64,000 nt of DNA, taken from assembly GCA_002868945.1 (NCBI GenBank), contig PKTX01000041.1, positions 65,407 to 129,406 on the forward strand, in the 5' to 3' direction. Made by a program: the position numbers and the translations under genes. Below the pieces are notes generated by a model that saw only the letters and a program-made list of their open reading frames with translations, did not search any database and was not told the DNA's origin. Below, piece after piece: positions 54,883-64,000 of this stretch (positions within the stretch are counted from its first letter, which is position 1; the number at the start of each line of letters is the position of its first letter). This stretch comes from Desulfobulbaceae bacterium (GTDB taxonomy: Bacteria; Desulfobacterota; Desulfobulbia; Desulfobulbales; SURF-16).

Positions 54883-56274
54883 TCAGCCGGCTGGTATGGG
54901 TTGGCCCTGGTGCTGAAAGGCGAGATTCTCAAAGGTGGTATATTGGCCGATAAAGGCCAGTTCCACGGTACCGGTGGCGCCGTTACGCTGCTTGCCGATG
55001 ATCAGTTCTGCCAGCCCTTTTTTGGGGTTGTCTTCCGATTTGTTGTAGACCTCATCACGATAGATGAAACAGATGACATCGGCATCCTGTTCAATGGCGC
55101 CTGATTCACGCAGGTCGGAGAGCTGTGGACGTTTATTGGGTCGACTCTCCAGGCTGCGGTTGAGCTGGGAGAGGGCGATCACCGGGATGTCGAGCTCCTT
55201 GGCCATTGCCTTAAGGGACCGGGAAATCTCGCTGATCTCCTGCTCGCGGCTGTCGCCGCGTCCCTTCATGAGCTGCAGATAGTCGACCACCACCAGGCCG
55301 ATATCATGCTCAATTTTCAGGCGGCGGGCCTTGGCGCGCATCTCCAGGACGGAGATGGCAGCGGTGTCGTCGATAAAGATGGGGGCAGTGGACAACTCCC
55401 CCGTGGCCCTGGTCAGCTTCGGCCAGTCCTGCTCCTTGATATGGCCGGTGCGCAGGTCGTTGGAGTCCACCCGGCCCACAGAGCAGAGCAGGCGCATGGC
55501 CAGCTGGTGCTTGGACATCTCCAGGCTGAACACCCCCACCGGCACCTTGTAGCGCATGGCGGCGTGCTGGACCATGTTCATGGCCAGGGCGGTTTTACCC
55601 ATACTGGGACGGCCGGCCATGATGATCAGATCGGAGGGCTGGAGTCCGGCGGTCAGGCGATCAAAAAGGTCATAGCCCGTGGGCACACCGGTGATCATCT
55701 CCTTGCGTTCGGCAAGCTGGGTGACCTTGTCAAAGGTTCCCTTGATGATGGCGTTCAGTGATTCAAACTTGGAGCCGCTCTTGCTGCTGGAGATCTCAAA
55801 AACCGTGGTCTCGACATCGTCAAGGAGGCGGTCGATCTCATCCTGTTCGTCGTAGCAGCGCGAGGCAATGGATGTGGTTGTGCTGATCAGTTGGCGCAGG
55901 ATCGATTTTTCGCGGACGATCTTGGCATAGTGAACAATGTTGGAGGCCAGGGGCACGGTGTCGGTGAGGCTGGCGATATAGGCGGCGCCACCTGCCGCCT
56001 CCAGGGCATTGGTGCTGGTAAGGTGGTTGATCACTGTTACCATGTCCTGTGGTTCGTTACGCTCAAAGAGGGTGACCATGGTCCTGAAAATGGTCTTATG
56101 TGTGTCCAGGTAGAAATCGTCCGGCGAGATAAGGTCAACCGTCTTGGCCATCATGCCCTTTTGCTGGAGAATGGCACCGAGGACGCACTGCTCCGCCTCC
56201 TTGTTCTGGGGAGGCAGGCGGTGGCTGCTGGAGGGAAAGGGCGGTTGTTCCATGCGGTTCTTTTTTTGTTCCAT
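54883..56274 (-). CDS. dnaB: Replicative DNA helicase DnaB
   Basis: PPQNKEAEQCVLGAIL N-terminus, GRPSMGKTA Walker A and VVDYLQLM Walker B. The start was taken at ATG 56274. Confidence 0.93.
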   Translation of the reverse strand: MEQKKNRMEQPPFPSSSHRLPPQNKEAEQCVLGAILQQKGMMAKTVDLISPDDFYLDTHKTIFRTMVTLFERNEPQDMVTVINHLTSTNALEAAGGAAYIASLTDTVPLASNIVHYAKIVREKSILRQLISTTTSIASRCYDEQDEIDRLLDDVETTVFEISSSKSGSKFESLNAIIKGTFDKVTQLAERKEMITGVPTGYDLFDRLTAGLQPSDLIIMAGRPSMGKTALAMNMVQHAAMRYKVPVGVFSLEMSKHQLAMRLLCSVGRVDSNDLRTGHIKEQDWPKLTRATGELSTAPIFIDDTAAISVLEMRAKARRLKIEHDIGLVVVDYLQLMKGRGDSREQEISEISRSLKAMAKELDIPVIALSQLNRSLESRPNKRPQLSDLRESGAIEQDADVICFIYRDEVYNKSEDNPKKGLAELIIGKQRNGATGTVELAFIGQYTTFENLAFQHQGQPIPAG

Positions 56275-56279
56275 GTTAT

Positions 56280-56460
56280 GGCAATCTTGAATGACCACCT
56301 GGTGTTCCGGTGAAGAAGCAAGGCCTGCCCGGTTTGCCGTGAGCCGGAAGGGCCTGCAGGCGCGGCGGTTATCAACGAGAAGGCATACGGAAAGCCTCGC
56401 CGCCATACTGCGAGCGCTTGCCGGAAAGGCCTCCTCCTGGCACCGGCCTGTTATTTTAGC
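56280..56460. repeat. Possible decayed B-type MITE copy upstream of dnaB
   Basis: The end GGCAATCTTGAATGAC is B-like, and GCCTGCCCGGTT resembles the core sequence GCCTGCCCGATT. The remainder is diverged and the right boundary is unclear. Confidence 0.25.
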
Positions 56461-56635
56461 CGCTGTGGATTTTTATGCAAGGTTGATGGCAGGGCAGGTG
56501 TAACTGTGGAGATGGCGGCCCATGGATTTTGCGGCAAAAATGACGGCCGCCAACGAAAAAGCGGCTCTTTCCTCGGTGATCAAGGAAAAGAACCGCTTTC
56601 GGCAGGCACCAGTGCCAATGGTCTGAAGAAACCGC

Positions 56636-57151
56636 TTATTCGTCGCTGCTGGTCTCTTCTTCAGCTGCCTCGGCTTGAGCGCTCGGTGCCGCCGGCGCTT
56701 TTTCGGCGCCAAAGGGGACAATGAGAACCTTGAACTCGCCAAAGACCTGATAACCGGCCTTGTAAGAGATGTTGAATTCTCCCAGGTTTTTCAAGGGCTC
56801 ATCAAGGAGAATCTTGCGTTTGTCAACCGTGATGCCGAGCTCGGCAAGCTTGTCGGCAAGGTCTGAGGAGGTTACCGAGCCGTAGAGCTTGTTGTCCTCG
56901 CCGGAACGCATGGTGATGGTGATGATGGTGCCGTCAATCTTTTTGGCAATGCTCTCGGCGTCCTTACGCTCGGCATCGAGGCGGGCCTGGATTGCCGCCA
57001 TGTTGCGATCGCGTTCCACCATGGCTGCCTTGGTTGCCAAGGCAGCAAGGCCTTGGGGGATCAGATAGTTGCGGCCATAACCAGGCTTGACGTTGACCAC
57101 AGCCCCTTCTTCGCCAAGGGTGTCAATAGTTTGTTTGAGAATCAGTTCCAT
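56636..57151 (-). CDS. rplI: 50S ribosomal protein L9
   Basis: MELILKQTIDTLGEEGAVVNVKPGYGRNYLIPQG. GAGGTGA lies upstream. An Ala/Glu-rich C-terminal extension of about 25 aa is present. Confidence 0.92.
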   Translation of the reverse strand: MELILKQTIDTLGEEGAVVNVKPGYGRNYLIPQGLAALATKAAMVERDRNMAAIQARLDAERKDAESIAKKIDGTIITITMRSGEDNKLYGSVTSSDLADKLAELGITVDKRKILLDEPLKNLGEFNISYKAGYQVFGEFKVLIVPFGAEKAPAAPSAQAEAAEEETSSDE

Positions 57152-57239
57152 AATGGTCACCTCAGGTACATGAACCTGTTGTCTATTTTATCCCGCCAGG
57201 CGGGATAGTTGTTTGTTACAACGAGGGCTGCGGCGGGTT

Positions 57240-58208
57240 TCAGGGTGCCGCATCTTCCTCGTAGATCTTGCCTAAATCCTTCCAGACATCGATAATTCCG
57301 AGGAGTGCCAGCAGGACCAGGGAATAGGTCTGGATAAAGATAAATATATATATGAAAATCCTGATCGGCCGGGGCGGATTCCATCTTTCCATCATGGCAA
57401 AAAGTACAGCCAGCCCCTGAAAGAAGTAAAGAGTCCCGGTGATAAGCAGGCCGTTAAGGCCCACTGTTTTCAGGCTCGTTACTGGTGGAATCATCATGAT
57501 GCCGGCCAGTATCACCAGCCAGATCAGGTTGTCGGGCAATCGCCAGCAACGGTAGGGCGGCCATGCCGCATAGTCCGGGGCGTGACGATCAAGTAACCGA
57601 TTGCCCAGGGCCATGTTCAACCAGCTGACAAGCATGGCGGAGATGATCAGCAGGGCCGGAAAAATACGCGGCAACTGCCGGCGGGCATCAATAAAGCCCT
57701 GTTCAATCTCTGCCGCCACCTCCGGTGCAAAGTCTCCGGAGCTGGTATACGCCTCCGCCATGCTGGCAAAGGCGTGGTCCATGACGCTGAGGGCGGCGCT
57801 GTATGGGTTGGTACCGCTGGCCTGCCAAAAAAGCAGTGCGCCGATGAGCCACCCGGCAAGGACCAGAAGAGTTGCCGTGAGTCCCGCCCAGGCAATGCTC
57901 TTTTTTCTTTTCAGGGCCCAGGCCAGGGCCAGACCCACCGGAAAGAGGGTGAGCGGGAAAAGGGCATTGCCGATATTGCCGGCAAGTAACGAAACAATAC
58001 CGGTAATGATAAAGGCAAACAGGCAGATATGGCGGCTGACTTTTTCCCCCATGGTGGTGCTGTAATAAAACGGCGCCAGGGGAATAAAGGTGCGGAGCCC
58101 CTCAAAGACCGGGCTGAGAGCCGGCAGGCTGCAAAGCAGCGAGGTGAGGAGGATTGCGCGCCACTGCCTGTGGGCGTCGGGGCCGGCGGTGCTTGCATCA
58201 TCCGGCAC
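57240..58208 (-). CDS. Polytopic membrane protein (DUF2232/YybS-like, tentative)
   Basis: Multiple transmembrane segments, located between rpsR and rplI. Confidence 0.65.
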   Translation of the reverse strand: MPDDASTAGPDAHRQWRAILLTSLLCSLPALSPVFEGLRTFIPLAPFYYSTTMGEKVSRHICLFAFIITGIVSLLAGNIGNALFPLTLFPVGLALAWALKRKKSIAWAGLTATLLVLAGWLIGALLFWQASGTNPYSAALSVMDHAFASMAEAYTSSGDFAPEVAAEIEQGFIDARRQLPRIFPALLIISAMLVSWLNMALGNRLLDRHAPDYAAWPPYRCWRLPDNLIWLVILAGIMMIPPVTSLKTVGLNGLLITGTLYFFQGLAVLFAMMERWNPPRPIRIFIYIFIFIQTYSLVLLALLGIIDVWKDLGKIYEEDAAP

Positions 58209-58216
58209 GAAATCTC

Positions 58217-58456
58217 CTATGCCTGTGGGTTGCCGGCGTAGGGCAAGAGGGCGATCTGGCGGGCCCTTTTGATGGCCTCGGTCAACTGGCGCTGATGCTT
58301 GGCGCAGTTGCCGTAAATCCGACGCGGAATAATCTTGCCCCGTTCGGTCAGGAAGCTTTTCAGGGTTTTAACGTCCTTGTAATCGATGGTCAGTTCCTTG
58401 TCAGCGCAGAAGCGACAGACACGGCGGCGCTGAAAAATTCTTTTCTTTTTATTCAT
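58217..58456 (-). CDS. rpsR: 30S ribosomal protein S18
   Basis: [34 protein letters not shown]. Confidence 0.95.
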   Translation of the reverse strand: MNKKKRIFQRRRVCRFCADKELTIDYKDVKTLKSFLTERGKIIPRRIYGNCAKHQRQLTEAIKRARQIALLPYAGNPQA

Positions 58457-58506
58457 GGTCTTATCCTGGATGTGAAAATTCGATGCTAATGTTGGTGGGC
58501 GCGGCG

Positions 58507-58863
58507 TTATTCTTCCTCGTCGGAAGAGTCGCTGTCGTCATCCTGCTCGGCATAGGACTTGTCGCTTACCACAAAGTCCTTGTCGAGTTTGATGGTCATG
58601 TATTTTAAAACATTGTCATCGATCTTAAAGATACGTTCCATTTCGTCAACACCGGCACCGTTGCCGGAAAATACGGTGTAGACATAGTAGCCGGTAGGCT
58701 CCTTTTTAATAGGATAGGCCAGCTGTCTGAGGCCCCATTTGTCAACCTTGAGGATCTCGCCGCCTGCTGCAGTAATGATGTCGGCGGTTCTGTCGCTGAT
58801 GGCCGCAATGGTGTCTTCCGAGACATTGGGCCTGATAATAGAGATGGTTTCGTACTTTTCCAT
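58507..58863 (-). CDS. rpsF: 30S ribosomal protein S6
   Basis: [17 protein letters not shown]...[12 protein letters not shown], with an acidic C-terminal tail. Confidence 0.93.
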   Translation of the reverse strand: MEKYETISIIRPNVSEDTIAAISDRTADIITAAGGEILKVDKWGLRQLAYPIKKEPTGYYVYTVFSGNGAGVDEMERIFKIDDNVLKYMTIKLDKDFVVSDKSYAEQDDDSDSSDEEE

Positions 58864-59284
58864 AGGTCCTCCTTATGGACTTAAGGCCCCCGAGGGGAGC
58901 AAGAAGGTGATACGTCTGGTTCGGATAACAGCTGTTGGGCGCGATCCAAACCCTGTCTGAATACAAAGCTTTCCTTGTTACCATGATGCCGCCTCTACTG
59001 TCAACGGTTTTTGGGGGACGGTAAGCGCTTTAGTGGCAAGAGCGGGACGCGGCTTTTTCTTTTCCAGGTGTCCTGAAAAAAAGTTAAGCAACCCCCTCTC
59101 TTTGCTGTATAGTAGGGATGAGCATACTTTCTCTGGTGTATGTCATCTTCATAATTTGATTGACATTTCTCCCGGTGCTGGAGTATGAACTTCCCCTTGC
59201 GCAACGTGGCGGCAACCTAAGAACCAATATGCCGCGCAAGTTATCTCTTGATAAAAAACATGGATCTCGCTGCCATGGTCCTTA

Positions 59285-59452
59285 GGGTATCTTGCATAAT
59301 GAGATATTTCGGAGTCTCGCAGGCTCGCTTGCCTGTTCGCTTTTGAAAAGCATGGAAAATAAACAGCGAAACATATCACGCCGAACGTGAGCAGTTTATT
59401 TTCGTTGCCACAAAAACAAAACGGACAAAGATAGCAATTATTCAAGATGCCT
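59285..59452. mobile_element. MITE-like element, B-type ends
   Basis: GGGTATCTTGCATAATGAG ... GCAATTATTCAAGATGCCT. The core carries TTCGGAGTCTCGCAGGCTCGCTTGCC and GAAAATAAA. The flanks are CTTA and TTAC, an imperfect TSD. Confidence 0.8.
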
Positions 59453-59526
59453 TTACAGGGCGGCTTCTTTTCGATCCTCATTTTAATGACATTTCCGGCT
59501 AACCATTTAATCCCATTGAAGACATT

Positions 59527-60576
59527 ATGAGTAAATTATCCTCCTCACGATACGCAGAAGCTGGCGTTGATATCGATAAAGCCAACGACTTCATCAGTCA
59601 GATCAAGCCCCTTGTTTCTTCCACCTTCAGGCGGGGGGTGTTGACCGATATCGGCGGCTTCGGCGGTCTCTTTGCCCTGGGCGGTGATCGTTTCAAGGAT
59701 CCTGTTCTGGTTTCTTCCACGGATGGGGTCGGCACCAAACTCAAGATAGCAAGTCTCTGTAACATCCATGACACCATCGGTATCGATCTGGTGGCCATGT
59801 GTGTCAACGATATTGTGGTCAGCGGCGCCCAACCGCTCTTTTTCCTCGACTATTTTTCCGTGGGAAAGCTTGAAACCGGTGTTGCCCTTGATGTGGTCAA
59901 GGGCATTGCCAAGGGATGCGAGATCTCCAAGTGCTCACTTATCGGCGGTGAGACCGCAGAGATGCCCGGTCTCTATGCCCCGGGGGATTATGATCTGGCC
60001 GGTTTTGTGGTCGGCATTGCTGAACGCGACAAGATTATTGACGGTTCCGAGATCAAGGTCGGCGACAAGATTATCGGCCTGTCGTCAAGCGGTATTCATT
60101 CCAAAGGCTATTCGCTGGTGCGGAAGATCTGCTTTGAGGAGCTTGGTCTCAAGGTGGATGATTATATCGATGAACTGGGCTGTACCCTAGGGGAGGAGTT
60201 GATTCGTCCCACCCATATTTACACGGAGCCCCTGCTCAACCTTTTTAAGAATTACAAGGTGAGCGGTCTGGTGCATATTACCGGCGGTGGTTTTGATGAT
60301 AATATACCCCGCGTTCTGCCCAAGGGTTCCAAGGCGGTGATCAAGGAGGGCAGCTGGCCCGTGCAACCGATTTTCACCTTTCTCCAGGAAAAGGGCAAGG
60401 TGCCGGTGGAGGAGATGCGCCGCACCTTTAATTACGGCATTGGTATGGCCGTGGTTATTGATGAGCGCCTGGTGGATGATGCCGTGCAGCAGCTGGTCGC
60501 CCTGGGCGAGTCGCCCCATGTCATCGGCGAGGTTGCCGCCCGTGAAAAAGAGGAAGAGTCGGTGGTCTTTGTCTAA
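59527..60576 (+). CDS. purM: Phosphoribosylformylglycinamidine cyclo-ligase (AIR synthetase)
   Basis: YAEAGVDIDKAN, GIGGFGGLF and DGVGTKLK motifs. Confidence 0.95.
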   Translation: MSKLSSSRYAEAGVDIDKANDFISQIKPLVSSTFRRGVLTDIGGFGGLFALGGDRFKDPVLVSSTDGVGTKLKIASLCNIHDTIGIDLVAMCVNDIVVSGAQPLFFLDYFSVGKLETGVALDVVKGIAKGCEISKCSLIGGETAEMPGLYAPGDYDLAGFVVGIAERDKIIDGSEIKVGDKIIGLSSSGIHSKGYSLVRKICFEELGLKVDDYIDELGCTLGEELIRPTHIYTEPLLNLFKNYKVSGLVHITGGGFDDNIPRVLPKGSKAVIKEGSWPVQPIFTFLQEKGKVPVEEMRRTFNYGIGMAVVIDERLVDDAVQQLVALGESPHVIGEVAAREKEEESVVFV

Positions 60577-60649
60577 GCAGTGCGGCCCATGCGTGCCGCA
60601 ACCAGAGGCGATCATCCCGCTGACAGACAAGCGGGAGGGCGTCGCCAGA

Positions 60650-60700
60650 CACTAAAAGAGGGCCCGGGAAGAATCCATCTTCCCGGGCCCTCTTTTAGTG
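60650..60700. terminator. 23-bp perfect hairpin downstream of purM
   Basis: CACTAAAAGAGGGCCCGGGAAGA-ATCCA-TCTTCCCGGGCCCTCTTTTAGTG. Confidence 0.55.
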
Positions 60701-61010
60701 TCGGCTGGCTAACGGTAGTTACGAGTTTGTCGGCGCCTCTTGCACGGTCTTGCCCTTGCGGTCTATTCGTTCATGCTGCCTCAATTTTCAGGCTTATCCT
60801 GTCATGCCGTAACGCATAAAAGTTTTGCGCGGCACGGCCCTTTTTGTGGCGCCTCAGCCCTTTCTCCTCACCCTTTTCACCGCTGAATCAAAAAAAGACG
60901 AAATTTTAAGGTGTCAATCAGGTCAGAACCACCTTTACCTCTCGAAGAGGTATCTCACAACTCGGAAAGTTGAAAGGCAACGTGCGGGCCTCTCGCCACG
61001 ATCATGGTGT

Positions 61011-61502
61011 CTAGCTGCCGCAATCCTTGCTGCCCCCCTTTATTTTGTAGATGGCATGATGCAGACCGGGCAGGATGGTGGCCAGGTTTTCCCGGGCCGC
61101 CCGTTCGCTGCCCGGCAGGTTGATGATCAGTGTTGACCTGCGGATGCCGGCCACGCCTCGTGATAAAACAGCATGCGGTGTCTGTTGGAAGCTGGCGGCC
61201 CGCATGGCCTCGCTGATGCCGGGGATCTCCTTGTCCAGGAGGGGCAGGGTGGCCTCCGGTGTCAGGTCGCTGGGGCTTACACCGGTGCCGCCCGTGGTCA
61301 GGATGAGATCAAGCGCTTCTTCATCGCACCACTCCTTCAGAATGGTGGCAATGGCCGCCGCATCGTCGGCCACAACGGCGTATTTGCTGATGGCAAAAGG
61401 ACCGGCCGCGACCAGCTGTTTCTGCAGTTGCGGGCCGCTGGTATCCTGCCGTTCGCCGCGGGAGCCTTTATCGCTGACCGTAAGAATGCCGCAGCGTTGC
61501 AT
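61011..61502 (-). CDS. MogA/MoaB-family molybdopterin biosynthesis protein
   Basis: CGILTVSDKGSRGERQDTSG and TTGGTGVSPSDLTPEAT motifs. The start was taken at ATG 61502. Confidence 0.8.
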   Translation of the reverse strand: MQRCGILTVSDKGSRGERQDTSGPQLQKQLVAAGPFAISKYAVVADDAAAIATILKEWCDEEALDLILTTGGTGVSPSDLTPEATLPLLDKEIPGISEAMRAASFQQTPHAVLSRGVAGIRRSTLIINLPGSERAARENLATILPGLHHAIYKIKGGSKDCGS

Positions 61503-61524
61503 CTCTGGTGAAGAAGGCCGCCTT

Positions 61525-63171
61525 TCAGGTCTGGGCCCCTGGTTTTTCTTCGAGCTGTTCATAGTGGGAAAATGCCGTTTTAAAGGTGGCCCGGCCGCCG
61601 CTCAGGCTGGCCAGGTCATTGCCGTATTCAAGGATCTCGGCCATGGGTACCTGGCTGACAATAATCTCATTTCTGGCCTCGGAACGAATTTCCATGATTT
61701 TACCCCGTCGTTGGGCCAGATCGCTGATCACCTCGGCCAGGCAATCATCCGGCACTTTGATGGTCAGGCTCATGAGCGGCTCCAGAAGGATCTCTTTGTT
61801 GTTCGCATGCTTTTTCTGCTGGTAGGGGACGGTGGGTAGGCTGAGATTCACCTCAATACCGAACTTGCGGGAGAGGCGCTGGCAGGCGACCTCCAGATGG
61901 AGGCGACCCTGACCGGCCAGCAGGGTCTCGCCGGTCTTGGGTTGCAGGCTCATGCTGAGGGCCGGATCTTCCGCCACGATTTTCGACAGGGCAATGAACA
62001 TGGCATCCTTGTCGGCCGCATCGGCACAGGCAACGGCGCAGGTGGCATGGGAGCGGTTCAGCGTCGGTAAGGGCGGCAGGGCTTCGGCTCCGGGCGATAC
62101 TGCCAGGGTATCGCCCGGGGCACTGGCACTAAGATCAACCAGAACACCGATCATGCCGGCATTGAGACTGCTGCTTTCTTCCAATTTGCCGCCATAGGGG
62201 ATATAAAAGGTGTCGATTTCCTCCCGGCTGTTGCGGCTGACGTTGTAAAGGGTGCCGGGCCGCAGGCTGCCGGAGTGGACCTTGCAGTAGTAGAGGGTGC
62301 CCTGTTTGGGTTCATGGTCGATTTTAAAGATCTGGCACCTGGGTGAGGCATCCTCTTCTGTCGTTGTCTCCGGCAGGTATTGGTCGATGAGGTTGAGCAG
62401 CAGGGCGGCTCCGTAGCCTTTTTTGGCGGCGCCCGGTAAGACCGGCGACAGGGCGCCGGCGGCCACGGCGTTTTTCAGGCCGTCGATGAGGTCCTGTCGG
62501 TCCAGTTCGCCCTCCTCCAAAAGCTCCTCTATCAGCTCGTCGTCGGTTTCCGCCACCTGTTCCATGAGCTTTTCAAGGGCGATATAGGCTTGATCCTGCA
62601 TGGCGGTGGGGATCGCCGCCTCTGTGCCGGCCTCCGGGGTATTGTCGTTGAAATAGTAGGCCTTTTCTGCGATTACATCCACTACGCCGCAGAAATCCGC
62701 TCCGCTGCCGATGGGCAGGTAGAGAACGGCCGGATCAAGGAGGATGTTTTTGCGGATGGCAGCCAGGGTGCCGTTAAAGTCGGCCTTGTCCTCGTCCATG
62801 CGGTTGATAAAGAGAATGGAGGGCATGGTGGATTGCTGGATGAGGTGGGCCGCCTTTTCCGTCTGGAATGTGTGGGCCTCGTCCGCGCAGATGGTGAGCA
62901 CGGCATTGTCGCTGACATGGGCCAGGATATCGGCTTCATGCAGGAAGTTGGCGTCACCCGGAGTGTTGCTGAACACCATGTTCCTGCCTTGCCACTGACA
63001 GTGGAAATGGCTGGAGGTTGTGGTCATCTGGTGGGCCAGGGACTCCGGGTCCTTGTCGATGACAGGATTCTCTATGCCGCAGGTTTTGAGGAGGGCGCGG
63101 CTGAGTGCGGTTTTGCCGGCCTTGGAATGGCCAAGCAGGACAATGTTTTTGGTTGTTGATGGATCCCCCAT
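61525..63171 (-). CDS. EF-G-like translational GTPase paralogue with degenerate G motifs
   Basis: G1 is GHSKAGKT. G3 reads NTPGD instead of DTPGH, and G4 reads NRMD. No RGITI switch-I motif is present. The C-terminus is EF-G domain V-like (LEPLMSLTIKVP...GRATFKTAFSHYEQL). At 548 aa it is about 140 aa shorter than EF-G. Confidence 0.8.
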   Translation of the reverse strand: MGDPSTTKNIVLLGHSKAGKTALSRALLKTCGIENPVIDKDPESLAHQMTTTSSHFHCQWQGRNMVFSNTPGDANFLHEADILAHVSDNAVLTICADEAHTFQTEKAAHLIQQSTMPSILFINRMDEDKADFNGTLAAIRKNILLDPAVLYLPIGSGADFCGVVDVIAEKAYYFNDNTPEAGTEAAIPTAMQDQAYIALEKLMEQVAETDDELIEELLEEGELDRQDLIDGLKNAVAAGALSPVLPGAAKKGYGAALLLNLIDQYLPETTTEEDASPRCQIFKIDHEPKQGTLYYCKVHSGSLRPGTLYNVSRNSREEIDTFYIPYGGKLEESSSLNAGMIGVLVDLSASAPGDTLAVSPGAEALPPLPTLNRSHATCAVACADAADKDAMFIALSKIVAEDPALSMSLQPKTGETLLAGQGRLHLEVACQRLSRKFGIEVNLSLPTVPYQQKKHANNKEILLEPLMSLTIKVPDDCLAEVISDLAQRRGKIMEIRSEARNEIIVSQVPMAEILEYGNDLASLSGGRATFKTAFSHYEQLEEKPGAQT

Positions 63172-63529
63172 GGAATATCTCCGTGCCTCAGGTGCTGGGT
63201 TTCTTGTGGAGGTAAAGCGTTGGCGTCAAGTATGAATCCCTGGTAAGGTGGGTCCGCTTTGTGCTCCATCTGGTCGAAAAGGCACGGGCGGCAAGGGTTG
63301 CAGCGTCCCTCTCCTCCCTTTCGCAGGGACGGCGGTCATCTTTTTCAAAGATAATGATTGAAAACAGATGTTTAACCTGACTGTGGCCAGTATAGTAAAG
63401 TCTGCCTTGCCATAAAGCAAGTACTATCGCCATCTCCTCTGCCTGCGTTGCCGGTCGCTGTAGCCGTGTCAGGGCCGGGCGAGCAGCTGTTGGTTGAAAA
63501 AGTTTTTTCCTTTTCCCCCTATCCACTTC

Positions 63530-64000
63530 ATGAAACAGGCCTCTGCCGATACCGGAAAAATAGCGCGTTCCGCGGGCACCGTGGGTTTTGCAGTCATGTG
63601 CAGCAGGGTGCTGGGCCTGATCCGTGAGCAGGTCTTCGCCTTTTTTTTCGGGGCCGGCTATGCCTATGACAGCTTTGTGGTGGCCTTCCGTATTCCCAAT
63701 CTGCTGCGTGACCTCTTTGGTGAAGGCGCCTTGTCCGCCGCCTTTGTGGCTGTTTTTTCCGACTATAACGCCACCCGCGACAAGGAGCAGACCTGGCGCC
63801 TGGCCAATAATGTCCTGGTCTTTTTTGCCCTTTTTCTGAGCCTGCTGACCCTGCTGGGCATCTATTTTTCCGAGGAGATCGTCCTCCTGCTGGTCAAGGG
63901 AGAGTTTGAGCAGGAGCCGGGTAAGGTGGCCCTGACCAGCCTGCTTACCATGATCATGTTTCCCTTTCTCATTCTGATCTCCCTTTCCGCCGTGGTCATG
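63530..64000 (+). CDS. murJ: Lipid II flippase MurJ (5' part, runs off the window)
   Basis: ATG 63530 opens a frame that stays open to the window end. It reads ...MCSRVLGLIREQVFAFFFGAGYAYDSFVVAFRIPNLLRDLFGEGALSAAFV, a MurJ hallmark. Confidence 0.88.
   Translation, partial: MKQASADTGKIARSAGTVGFAVMCSRVLGLIREQVFAFFFGAGYAYDSFVVAFRIPNLLRDLFGEGALSAAFVAVFSDYNATRDKEQTWRLANNVLVFFALFLSLLTLLGIYFSEEIVLLLVKGEFEQEPGKVALTSLLTMIMFPFLILISLSAVVM

Overview
This is a 64-kb chromosomal segment, roughly mid-50s % GC by eye and densely coding. The gene content looks deltaproteobacterial, of the Desulfobulbales or sulfate-reducer kind, but taxonomy cannot be proven from the sequence alone. All product calls come from motif recognition on the supplied translations, with no database search. 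Coordinates were anchored to the ORF track.

Most of the window is housekeeping:
- selB, hflX, and a DUF4390/NtrY/NtrX-like module followed by a ClpX-like AAA+ protein.
- hemB, hisB, tRNA-His, tRNA-Gly, rplM-rpsI, argC, truA, and an aminotransferase.
- Transketolase, leuS-lptE, and dnaB-rplI-(DUF2232)-rpsR-rpsF.
- purM, a mog-like gene, an EF-G paralogue, and the 5' end of murJ.

Four things stand out:
1. A roughly 17-kb MSHA-type type IV pilus locus (29.8-46.7 kb) has an atypical gene order that begins with a 1.4-kaa MshQ-like protein.
2. A HesB-like selenoprotein gene is split by the ORF caller at an in-frame UGA, 9 kb from selB. A second small ORF containing an in-frame UGA converges on it.
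3. A very dense family of MITE-like palindromic elements is present, with at least 11 copies or remnants. They share one core but carry three different terminal inverted repeats, and they have 4-bp target-site duplications. One copy is inserted in frame three codons into a pilus gene.
4. A dus gene is interrupted by a single in-frame TAA.

I found no CRISPR array, rRNA, transposase, integrase or recognisable defence system.
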